Positions 28,439 to 35,980 of a DNA stretch of 46,497 bases are shown piece after piece. The notes beneath the pieces are model-generated. The model had not been told where the DNA came from. It saw only the letters and a list, made by a program, of their open reading frames with translations, and ran no database searches. Position 1 is the first letter of the stretch, and each line of letters begins with the position of its first letter. The stretch covers positions 1 through 46,497 of the forward strand of contig DATLQC010000164.1 of the NCBI GenBank assembly GCA_035535395.1. The letters are read 5' to 3'. This DNA is from Propionibacteriaceae bacterium. GTDB lineage: Bacteria > Actinomycetota > Actinomycetes > Propionibacteriales > Propionibacteriaceae. Made by a program: the position numbers and the translations under genes.

Positions 28439-29380
28439 CTAACCCTGAGCCTCGCGGCGTTCGGGGTGTTGCGCTGCCAGGTACTGGTACGTCGCGGCGA
28501 GATCGTGACTGCTCATGCCAGCGCGATCCAAGAGCTGAAACAGTTCTCGCACGTTCGCCAGCAGCCGTGCTGATGTGCCAGTTCGCCATGCCTGCTGTGT
28601 GGCAACCTCAAGCGGTGCCAGCGCGGCCCCGGCAGGGAGATCGGGTTCAAAGTCCCGGTTGAGCAATTTGCCACGCGCAGCAACAAGCACCTGGCTGCCG
28701 GCCAGGGACAGCTCCCAGCTCTGCAGGACTTGAGCAAGATCAAGACCGGCGCGCTCGGCAATCACCGCTGCCTCGCCGAGTGCCATGGCGGTCGCGGCGA
28801 TCACGTATTGCTCGCACGCATTGGCGATCTGGGCGCTGCCGACGCCACCTACCCGTACGCAGTTACCCAGCAGCTCCAGGAACGGTAGCGCATCTCGGTA
28901 CAGTCCGGGCGCTGCGCCGACGGCGATCGCCAGCTCACCGTGCGCTGCGGCCGCCTGAGTTCCGCTGAGCGGTGCGTCGACTACTCGCAACAGCCCAGCC
29001 GTCTTCTCCAGAAGATCACCGGCCAATTGGCGAAGATCATCTGGAGCTGAGATTCCGCCGACAACAAGGAGTTTTGACCTGTGTACGCCAGCCCGTAGCC
29101 CGCTCGGACCCCCGAGATGCGCCTCAAGCTCATCCAGGTTTTCCAGCAACACCAGAAGGTACTCGCTGCGCGCGGCGAGATCTGCCGGGCTTGCGGCGGG
29201 TTGGCTGCCCAGTCGCTGAAGTTCGGCAAGTACGTCGGGATTTCGCCCATAAGTCCAGATAGGCGTCTCCGGTGGCAGGGCGTGCAACAGCCGCTCTACG
29301 ACCGGCTCGGTCAGGAATCCGTGCCCAAGCACCCCGACTGAGCGCGGAGAAGTACGGTCGTGCGCTCTCCCCGACCGCAC
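28439..29380 (-). CDS. NAD(P)-dependent oxidoreductase, 3-hydroxyisobutyrate dehydrogenase/tartronate semialdehyde reductase family (divergent)
   Basis: 'VGVLGHG', 'VDAPLSG', 'GSAQIANACEQ', 'ALGEA..IAERAGLD'. Confidence 0.75.
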   Translation of the reverse strand: MRSGRAHDRTSPRSVGVLGHGFLTEPVVERLLHALPPETPIWTYGRNPDVLAELQRLGSQPAASPADLAARSEYLLVLLENLDELEAHLGGPSGLRAGVHRSKLLVVGGISAPDDLRQLAGDLLEKTAGLLRVVDAPLSGTQAAAAHGELAIAVGAAPGLYRDALPFLELLGNCVRVGGVGSAQIANACEQYVIAATAMALGEAAVIAERAGLDLAQVLQSWELSLAGSQVLVAARGKLLNRDFEPDLPAGAALAPLEVATQQAWRTGTSARLLANVRELFQLLDRAGMSSHDLAATYQYLAAQHPERREAQG

Positions 29381-29547
29381 TATGACGGGTAGCCCGCTTC
29401 GCCGAGTGCAGGCGCTCGCGGGTGGAGGTGCTCCGGGCCGCGCGTTTGTTCGCGAGCGACGAAGGAGGCGAATCTGGCGGGCTGCCCGTCAGAGTGCAAT
29501 CGAATCGGCACCCTGTCACTCTAGCGAAGGGGTGAGCGGAACCTCAC

Positions 29548-30930
29548 CTAGTTGGGTCCGCGGTCCAGCACTACCTGCACGAGCCGGCGCAGCTCGGGCG
29601 TCAGATCCTGTTCCGGCACGGTGAACCGCCAGTCACCGTATTCGACGGTGTAGATGAATCGATCAGGAGTCGGCCTGGTTGAGGTGATCTCTTGCCGACC
29701 AACACGCATCAACAGGTGCCGGACCTCTGAGGCTTCCGGATCGGAATTCAGATCCAACTGCCCGACTTTGATGGTGCCAGCAAAGCCGCCGGTACGGCGC
29801 ACGGCAACCGTCGCAGGCAGCTCAGCACTGGGGGCAGGGCTCGAAGGCTGCACTATGCCCGCGCCAACAGGTTGTCCGTTTCCGATGTCGGCCCGCGAAG
29901 GCGCAGCGAGCACACCAACATCGATCCACGCCGCTCCGATCTTCTGGGCGATGGACGGCTCGTTAGCGAAGAGCCGACCAGCCGAACTCAGCGTCGCCTG
30001 CGCGAAGGACTCAAAGCCTGCCTGCGAGCTGAGGCCGCCATTGACGAGCGTGTCGTACCAAACCTGTCCGGCCTTCTCCCAGCTAGCTCCACCAATGTCG
30101 AGTGCGGCCAGTGCAAAGGCACGGTTAGGAATTCCTGAGTTGATGTGAACGCCGCCGCTGTCATCGTAGGTGTCCACATAGTCGGCCATGGAGCCCACTT
30201 GCAGATCCTTGCCGATTTGAGGATCGTCGTACGCAGTTCCCGGTTCCTTCATCGAGCGCAGCGCCTTGGCGTTGATCCCCGGCCTAAAAAGTCCTTCCGC
30301 AATTAGCCAGTCAGCCTCACCAGCGGTTTGGCCGAGCGCACGCTGTTTGGCCATCGAGGCAAAGACATCACTGATGCTCTCGTTCAGCGCGCCTGGCTGA
30401 TCTTGGTAGGCCAATCCGATGGTGAATTGCGTGACCCCATGCGTGAATTCATGTGCCATGACGTCCATCGGCTTGGTGAAACGCTCAAAGATCTGCCCAT
30501 CGCCATCACCAAAGACCAGCTGACTTCCGTCCCAGAACGCGTTGTCGTAATCACGCCCGTAATGGACCGTGATGGAAACCGTGCCGCCGCTACCGTCAAT
30601 GGACCGTCGGCCAAATTGACTCTGAAACAGATCCAGTACTTGCCCAGACGAATCAAAGGCTTCGTCAACTGCCAGATCCCCGGCGGGTGGATCGCCGTCT
30701 TTGCGGACGACCTCGCCAGGCAACGTTTCGGTGTTGTTGGCACTGTGTACGACTCGACTGCTCGTGCCGGGCAGGCTGGGTGCAGCCATCTCAGGCGGCC
30801 GGGCCTCGCGTCTAGCCCGCAGCCGGTCATCGACTTGCAGCGTTTCACGGCCGGATGCGCACGCACGCCGGGTGCCAGCTCGCCTGGCGACGCGCTGCAG
30901 CAGGTATGGCGGAACGAACGTGCAGGACAT
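29548..30930 (-). CDS. Protealysin-like M4 metalloprotease fused to a C-terminal emfourin-like inhibitor domain
   Basis: Propeptide 'FVPPYLL', 'NAFWDG', HExxH 'HEFTH', 'GALNES', 'VHINSG'; after a P/A-rich linker, 'RRTGGFAG...PDRFIY'; RBS aggagg. Confidence 0.88.
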   Translation of the reverse strand: MSCTFVPPYLLQRVARRAGTRRACASGRETLQVDDRLRARREARPPEMAAPSLPGTSSRVVHSANNTETLPGEVVRKDGDPPAGDLAVDEAFDSSGQVLDLFQSQFGRRSIDGSGGTVSITVHYGRDYDNAFWDGSQLVFGDGDGQIFERFTKPMDVMAHEFTHGVTQFTIGLAYQDQPGALNESISDVFASMAKQRALGQTAGEADWLIAEGLFRPGINAKALRSMKEPGTAYDDPQIGKDLQVGSMADYVDTYDDSGGVHINSGIPNRAFALAALDIGGASWEKAGQVWYDTLVNGGLSSQAGFESFAQATLSSAGRLFANEPSIAQKIGAAWIDVGVLAAPSRADIGNGQPVGAGIVQPSSPAPSAELPATVAVRRTGGFAGTIKVGQLDLNSDPEASEVRHLLMRVGRQEITSTRPTPDRFIYTVEYGDWRFTVPEQDLTPELRRLVQVVLDRGPN

Positions 30931-31319
30931 CACACCTCCTTGCGATGGTCCCGATGACCGATCACACAAAATGCTGAGCATTATGGCAGCAGCGATGATT
31001 TGATGGAGTCGATCGCAACTACCTGCTGCATGCTCACACGCAGGTTACATTCGGTATTAGCGACCATCGGGGGAGAATTTTGAGCAGAGTTCTTGACGGC
31101 GTGCCGTCGTACGTTCCAGGCTGACTTGCGGGATGGGTCAACTCGCTTCTGAGCGGATAGCCTGTCCCGTGGGTCGATTGACGCACAATCGGTGACGGCC
31201 ACCGTGCAAAATGGCGGCGATTCTGTGGCCACTGGGGTCACGGACCGAAGATGTTCGTGCGTCAATGGAGGCCCATGGCGTACGCGTTGGAGAGTGCGAA
31301 GCACCTAACGCGATTTTGG

Positions 31320-31351
31320 CATGTCCACTTTAGGACATGTCCGCTTTCGGC
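31320..31351. promoter_or_regulatory. Candidate operator: CATGTCC-N6-GGACATG palindrome within a 16-bp direct repeat
   Basis: catgtcc-acttta-ggacatg (31320-31339); direct units catgtccactttagga and catgtccgctttcggc. Confidence 0.5.
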
Positions 31352-31460
31352 TGCCGTTTTCACTTCACTTCGCTCATAGCGGCTGCATAGCGTCCTTCTT
31401 GACAACCTCAGGTTCTCGCCCGGCCACCGGCGCGGCGGGACGTCAAGAAGGGAACCTCTC

Positions 31461-31580
31461 ATGCAGTCCACTCGCGGCCACAGCCTCAATCGGGGTCACA
31501 GCCTGAATCGCGGCCACAGCCTCAGTCGCGGCCACAGCCTTAATCGCGGCCACAGCCTTAATCGCGGCCACAGCCTCTGA
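31461..31580 (+). CDS. 39-aa repeat peptide MQST-RGHSL-N-RGHSL-N-RGHSL-S-RGHSL-N-RGHSL-N-RGHSL
   Basis: RBS-like gaaggga, ATG, six RGHSL units with only synonymous changes in the core, TGA straight after the last Leu. Confidence 0.8.
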   Translation: MQSTRGHSLNRGHSLNRGHSLSRGHSLNRGHSLNRGHSL

Positions 31581-31608
31581 ATCTCTCTGTGACACAAAGG
31601 AGAACACC

Positions 31609-31698
31609 ATGACTCGCGGACACAGCCTCAATCGCGGCCACAGCTTGAAAGGCCACAGCTTGAAAGGCCACAGCTTGAATCGGGGACACAGCCTCTAA
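31609..31698 (+). CDS. 29-aa repeat peptide MT-RGHSL-N-RGHSL-K-GHSL-K-GHSL-N-RGHSL
   Basis: Strong RBS aaggag, ATG, five GHSL units (Leu as CTC or TTG, Gly as GGA or GGC), TAA straight after the last Leu. Confidence 0.82.
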   Translation: MTRGHSLNRGHSLKGHSLKGHSLNRGHSL

Positions 31699-31850
31699 AC
31701 CGACGTCGCGGGACCTACCTCAAATATCGGCGCCGAATCGAGAACTTCTTCCGCGTCTGGCCGGTTTCTGCAGGCGGGAGAGGTCCCGATCGGCGCCCGC
31801 CGATTTTCCGATCCGCCACGGGCAGCGCATAAATCGCGCCCGGAAGGATA

Positions 31851-31879
31851 GTGAAATCGCGTCCAAAGTCCGATAGTGT
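31851..31879 (+). promoter_or_regulatory. Putative housekeeping promoter for the structured RNA
   Basis: GTGAAA (31851-31856)-N17-TAGTGT (31874-31879); the -10 fits the actinobacterial TANNNT consensus. Confidence 0.5.
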
Positions 31880-31886
31880 TTCCATA

Positions 31887-32062
31887 GGCAAAGCGAGCAC
31901 CAGATCTTCCGCAAGGAAGCCGGGATACCTGACGTTCCCGGTGGTCGAGCTGCGAGTGAGCGTGGCTTGACCAGCACAGCCCGTGTGGAACTTTTCCCCG
32001 AGGTTCCGCTCGGAGTTCCTCCCCCTGGGCGACGCCCGCGGTTCACTTAGGACCGCGGGCGT
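31887..32062 (+). ncRNA. Candidate structured RNA: multibranch junction of five abutting hairpins
   Basis: Closing stem cgagc (31894-31898)/gctcg (32008-32012) encloses hairpins 31906-31919 (GCAA tetraloop), 31920-31941, 31942-31973, 31974-31986 and 31987-32007; six G-U pairs favour the + strand. Confidence 0.6.
32032..32062. terminator. GC-rich hairpin overlapping the regulator stop codon (possible bidirectional terminator)
   Basis: acgcccgcggt (32032-32042) pairs with accgcgggcgt (32052-32062). Confidence 0.6.
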
Positions 32063-33108
32063 GGCTTTGGGATGTTCGTGACTGTGGCTAATTGATCTCC
32101 GTGGGATGGCTGAGGAAGAGAATGAATGTCGGCCGATACGGATTGCTCGCCACGGATGCCGTCTGATCGCACGAGTGCCGCGCCTAACTGGAGCCGCGTC
32201 GTCACCCCTAGCTCGTCCATGAGTTCGGAAATCCAGCGACGTACTGAGCGCACGTTGATGTTCAACGTATTTGCGATGGCGGAGTCAGTGGAGCCGGTCA
32301 TCAGCAATGAGATGAGCATCTGCCGCCGTGGATCGCTCTCTCCCTTAATGGTCGTCTGGATCGGCACAGCGGCTTCCCACACCGCCTCAAAGAGCCACTG
32401 CAGTGCTTCGACCAGAAGGGCATTGCGCACAATAGAGGCACGGAGCTCATGTCCCGGAGCGTAGGAGCGCATCGATGGTATGAGTGCGGTATGCCCGTCA
32501 ATAATGATCAATTTCATGGGTACCGGCGAGGTGCGCGACTGCTCGCCTTTCTTGGCAAATAAGCTCAATTCAGCAAGCCGATCAGTGTCGAAACCTGGGT
32601 CATAGACGCATCGCAAGGTCACATTCCGCTCAAGCGCCTGCCACTCCGGCTCTGTGCTCAAGGCCTCCTCAGTGATGGTCGACCGCACCTGCGCATAAGG
32701 CGGCTTGTCGAAGAAGCAGATCTCCCGGCGTGCTGAGTCCATAAGCTCACGGTGCGCCGCGACAATGGTTTGCCGACCGACAAGCGTCTTGATCTCGTCG
32801 GCCTGGCTTGCTCCAGCGGCAAGCAGGTGGCCCTCAAGCGACTCGGCCGCAACGCTTGCCAGTTCGATCTCCGACCATCGTTGCGCCTTGAGCTGATTGA
32901 CCACATCGAGGAGCGGAAGTGCTCGCCAGTTCCCACGCGATGAGTCGGTCGCCAGTCCGAGGCTTCTCAGCTGCTCCAAGGTCTCGGCAACCTTCTCAGG
33001 CGTTAGCGAGGTGACCCGCGCTAATTCCGACACCGAGGCCGACGGCAAAGGCCCAAGCGCAACGTACACGGCCTCAGCTTCGGCACTGATGCCAAGCGGC
33101 TGAAGCAT
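32047..33108 (-). CDS. TrmB-like HTH / effector domain / LuxR-like HTH transcriptional regulator
   Basis: 'LQPLGISAEAEAVYVAL', central 'PMKLIIID', 'LQWLFEAVW', C-terminal 'GSTDSAIANTLNINVRSVRRWISELMDELGVTTRLQLG'; RBS ggagg. Confidence 0.88.
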   Translation of the reverse strand: MLQPLGISAEAEAVYVALGPLPSASVSELARVTSLTPEKVAETLEQLRSLGLATDSSRGNWRALPLLDVVNQLKAQRWSEIELASVAAESLEGHLLAAGASQADEIKTLVGRQTIVAAHRELMDSARREICFFDKPPYAQVRSTITEEALSTEPEWQALERNVTLRCVYDPGFDTDRLAELSLFAKKGEQSRTSPVPMKLIIIDGHTALIPSMRSYAPGHELRASIVRNALLVEALQWLFEAVWEAAVPIQTTIKGESDPRRQMLISLLMTGSTDSAIANTLNINVRSVRRWISELMDELGVTTRLQLGAALVRSDGIRGEQSVSADIHSLPQPSHGDQLATVTNIPKPRPRS

Positions 33109-33250
33109 GCCTTCCCTCCACTGCAGGGTTCTGACGGGGGCGAACGGCGCCCGACCCGTCGATGGGTGGAAGCCGATACGCTGAGCCAACGGCACAGCGA
33201 CCCTGCTCGCTGCCGATCGTCTCATAGCGCTCCAAAGGAGGGTTTGAAGG

Positions 33251-34687
33251 ATGACTGAACTCGCTCAGATTGGTGTCACCGGACTTGCTGTCATGGGCCG
33301 CAACCTCGCGCGGAACTTCGCCCGGCATGGTCACCGCGTCGCTATCCACAATCGCACCTACGCCAAGACGGAATCGCTGCTCGCTGAGGCCGGCTCAGAG
33401 GGGACGTTCATTCCGTCCGAATCTATGGTGGATTTCGTCGCGTCGCTGGAGCCTCCCCGACGAGTGTTGATCATGGTGAAGGCCGGCGCCGGGACTGATG
33501 CCGTGATCGACGAGCTGACGCCGCTGCTGGAGAACGGCGACATCATCATCGACGCGGGCAACGCACACTTCCCTGACACCATTCGCCGCGAGGCGAAGCT
33601 GGCTGAGATGGGGCTGCACTTTGTGGGCACCGGAGTGTCCGGTGGCGAGGAGGGCGCGCTCAACGGCCCCTCGATCATGCCGGGCGGATCCCGGGAGTCC
33701 TACGAGTCGCTGGGTCCGCTGCTAGAGAGCATTGCCGCCAAGGTCGACGGGGTCCCATGCTGCACCTATGTGGGGCCGAACGGGGCCGGCCACTTCGTCA
33801 AGATGGTCCACAACGGCATCGAGTACGCCGATATGCAGTTGATCGCCGAGGCGTACGACCTGATCAAGCAGGGGACCGGGGCGTCGGCTCCCGAGATTGC
33901 CAAGATCTTCCAGACCTGGAACGAGGGCGACCTTGAGTCTTTCTTGATCGAGATCACCGCGGAAGTGCTCGGTCACACCGATGCTGAGACCGGCAAACCC
34001 TTTGTCGACATCGTGCTGGATCAAGCCGAACAGAAGGGTACTGGGCGGTGGACGGTCCAGAATGCTCTTGATCTTGGCGTACCGATCACTGGCATCGCAG
34101 AGGCAACCATGGCTCGTGCCCTCTCGGGATCGGTGCCGCAACGCGAGGCCGCCCGGACCAAGCTTCGCTCGGGCACCGGAGAGTGGAGTGTGGCGAATCG
34201 CGATCAGTTCGTCGAAGACGTGCGGCAGGCGCTGTACGCCTCGAAGGTGGTGGCGTACTCGCAAGGCTTTGACCAAATCGCAGCCGCAAGTGCGGAGTAC
34301 GACTGGAATATCGACCGTGGCGCTATGGCCAGGATCTGGCGGGGCGGCTGCATCATCCGGGCGCGCTTTCTCAACCGGATCACGGAGGCGTACGAGCGCA
34401 ATTCTGATCTGTCGCTGCTGCTGGCCGACGACTACTTCACCGGGGCTGTCAGCAACAGCCTGGCCGCCTGGCGGCGAGTCGTCGCCGGAGCGGCCCAAAA
34501 CGGCATTCCGACCCCAGCTTTCTCGTCATCGTTGGCCTACTACGACGGCATTCGGGCCGAGCGGCTGCCGGCCGCTTTGATTCAGGCGCAGCGGGACTTC
34601 TTTGGTGCGCATACCTATCACCGCGTGGACAAGGAAGGCACCTTCCACACCGAGTGGAGCGCTGATCGCACTGAGTCTGCGGTCTAG
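33251..34687 (+). CDS. gndA: NADP-dependent 6-phosphogluconate dehydrogenase (decarboxylating)
   Basis: 'GLAVMGRNLA', 'GVSGGEEGA', 'KMVHNGIEY', 'QKGTGRWT', 'QRDFFGAHTY'. Confidence 0.97.
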   Translation: MTELAQIGVTGLAVMGRNLARNFARHGHRVAIHNRTYAKTESLLAEAGSEGTFIPSESMVDFVASLEPPRRVLIMVKAGAGTDAVIDELTPLLENGDIIIDAGNAHFPDTIRREAKLAEMGLHFVGTGVSGGEEGALNGPSIMPGGSRESYESLGPLLESIAAKVDGVPCCTYVGPNGAGHFVKMVHNGIEYADMQLIAEAYDLIKQGTGASAPEIAKIFQTWNEGDLESFLIEITAEVLGHTDAETGKPFVDIVLDQAEQKGTGRWTVQNALDLGVPITGIAEATMARALSGSVPQREAARTKLRSGTGEWSVANRDQFVEDVRQALYASKVVAYSQGFDQIAAASAEYDWNIDRGAMARIWRGGCIIRARFLNRITEAYERNSDLSLLLADDYFTGAVSNSLAAWRRVVAGAAQNGIPTPAFSSSLAYYDGIRAERLPAALIQAQRDFFGAHTYHRVDKEGTFHTEWSADRTESAV

Positions 34688-35873
34688 CGCGCCTCGGGTT
34701 ATCCGTCCGGTTCGGCAGGCCGTCACGCTGCTGCGCAACCGGCTGGCGGGTCCAGCATTCGCCGATCGAGTACGCCGCCGGGGCGGGTTACCCGAAGCCG
34801 CCGTCGCGGTCTTCTTTGCGACTGGGCCGGAGAACTTCTATCAGTTTGAGCAGTGGCGGTTGCCGCTTGAACACCTCGCGCTACAGCGGCCCGTCTTCGT
34901 GATCGTCGACCGCCCGGACACCGGCGATTTGGTGCTGCAAAGCAGCAACCTTCCGGTCGCCTACGCGCGGAGCAGCAGGGAACTCGAGGAGCTGGTCGCC
35001 GATCGGGACATACGCGCGGTGCTCTATCTGAATCAGATCGAGGCGAACTTCCGTATGCTGCGGTTCGCGAGCCCAGTGCATATACAGATTGGGCACGGTG
35101 AAAGCGATAAGGGTGGGAGTGTCTCCAACCAACACAAGGCGTATGACCTGACCTTCGTAGGTGGCGACGCAGGTCGTGATCGACTCGCCCACGCCCTACG
35201 CGGATTTGATGCCTCGGAGCGCACGCTCACTGTTGGCCGCCCGCAGCTTGACCACAGCTACCCGGGCGCACCGCACTGGCCACGAGACTCGGGACTGCGG
35301 GTCTGGTACGCGCCCACCTGGGAGGGTGATCGGCCCAGCATCGCGTACGGGTCCCTGGCCAGCCATGGCGTGGCGATCGTGGAGGCTCTTCTTGCCGATC
35401 CTTCGGTACGCGTGATCTACCGGCCACACCCTCGGACCGGCTATGCCTCCAGCAGCCACCGCGGAGCGGACAAAGCGATCCGCGCGCTACTGGCCAAGGA
35501 GGGCAACCGGCATCTGGTTGATCATGAGGATTATGGCTGGCAATGGGATTTTGCGGATGTCTGCCTTACTGACATCTCGGCGGTCGCCTACGACTGGCTG
35601 GCGACCGGCAAGCCGCTGGTGATCACCGAGCCGGCGCCGACCGCGTACCGTCCACCCTCAGCATTGCTGGACAGCGTTCCACTACTCCGTGCGGCAGAGG
35701 CGTCAGAGGTGCTGGCAAAGATCCATGCGCTGCACAGCGATTCCGAGGCAAGAGAGCAGCTGCGCGGGCTGGCGTACCACTATTTCGGCGATGTCAGCGC
35801 TCAGCAGAGCACCAAGCGGTTCGAGGATGCGATCGAGCACGCCTACCAGATCCAGCAATCCTCAACTTCCTGA
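34602..35873 (+). CDS. CDP-glycerol glycerophosphotransferase-like cell-wall polymer enzyme (start uncertain)
   Basis: 'GHGESDK', 'VGRPQLD', 'YAPTWEG', 'YRPHP', 'TDISAVAYDWLATGKP'. Confidence 0.75.
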   Translation: MVRIPITAWTRKAPSTPSGALIALSLRSSAPRVIRPVRQAVTLLRNRLAGPAFADRVRRRGGLPEAAVAVFFATGPENFYQFEQWRLPLEHLALQRPVFVIVDRPDTGDLVLQSSNLPVAYARSSRELEELVADRDIRAVLYLNQIEANFRMLRFASPVHIQIGHGESDKGGSVSNQHKAYDLTFVGGDAGRDRLAHALRGFDASERTLTVGRPQLDHSYPGAPHWPRDSGLRVWYAPTWEGDRPSIAYGSLASHGVAIVEALLADPSVRVIYRPHPRTGYASSSHRGADKAIRALLAKEGNRHLVDHEDYGWQWDFADVCLTDISAVAYDWLATGKPLVITEPAPTAYRPPSALLDSVPLLRAAEASEVLAKIHALHSDSEAREQLRGLAYHYFGDVSAQQSTKRFEDAIEHAYQIQQSSTS

Positions 35874-35883
35874 GCTGGGTGCC

Positions 35884-35974
35884 GAAACCTACGTGCACGT
35901 AGGTTCCTCGCGCTCTGCACAGGTTGCAACCTATGCAGACCGTACGCAACCTGGGTTTACCTAGGTTGCATACG
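35884..35974. repeat. Composite palindromic element, copy 1 (REP/MITE-like)
   Basis: Three hairpins; the central tgcacaggttgcaacctatgcagaccg matches the copy at 39193-39278 in reverse complement. Confidence 0.75.
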
Positions 35975-35980
35975 CAACAG

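Noticed and set aside
31443-31631. Minus-strand ORF with 'AVAAIK' repeats
   Set aside because: It is the antisense shadow of the RGHSL peptides. The same base changes are non-synonymous in this frame and there is no evident RBS.
31470-31695. GGCCACAGCCT-type repeats as a CRISPR array or iteron set
   Set aside because: The period is only 15-18 bp, there are no unique spacers and no cas or rep genes. Variation is codon-structured, and each block is bounded by an RBS/ATG and a stop.
31461-31698. GHSL as an alpha/beta-hydrolase nucleophile elbow, or as a His-attenuator leader
   Set aside because: It lacks the final Gly of GxSxG and any folded domain. The His codons are not consecutive and no his genes follow.
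31887-32030. c-di-AMP (ydaO), c-di-GMP or 6C RNA identity for the structured RNA
   Set aside because: Only fragments resemble them (ccgcaagg, ggcaaa, C-rich tracts). The full consensus elements are not present and no downstream sense gene exists.
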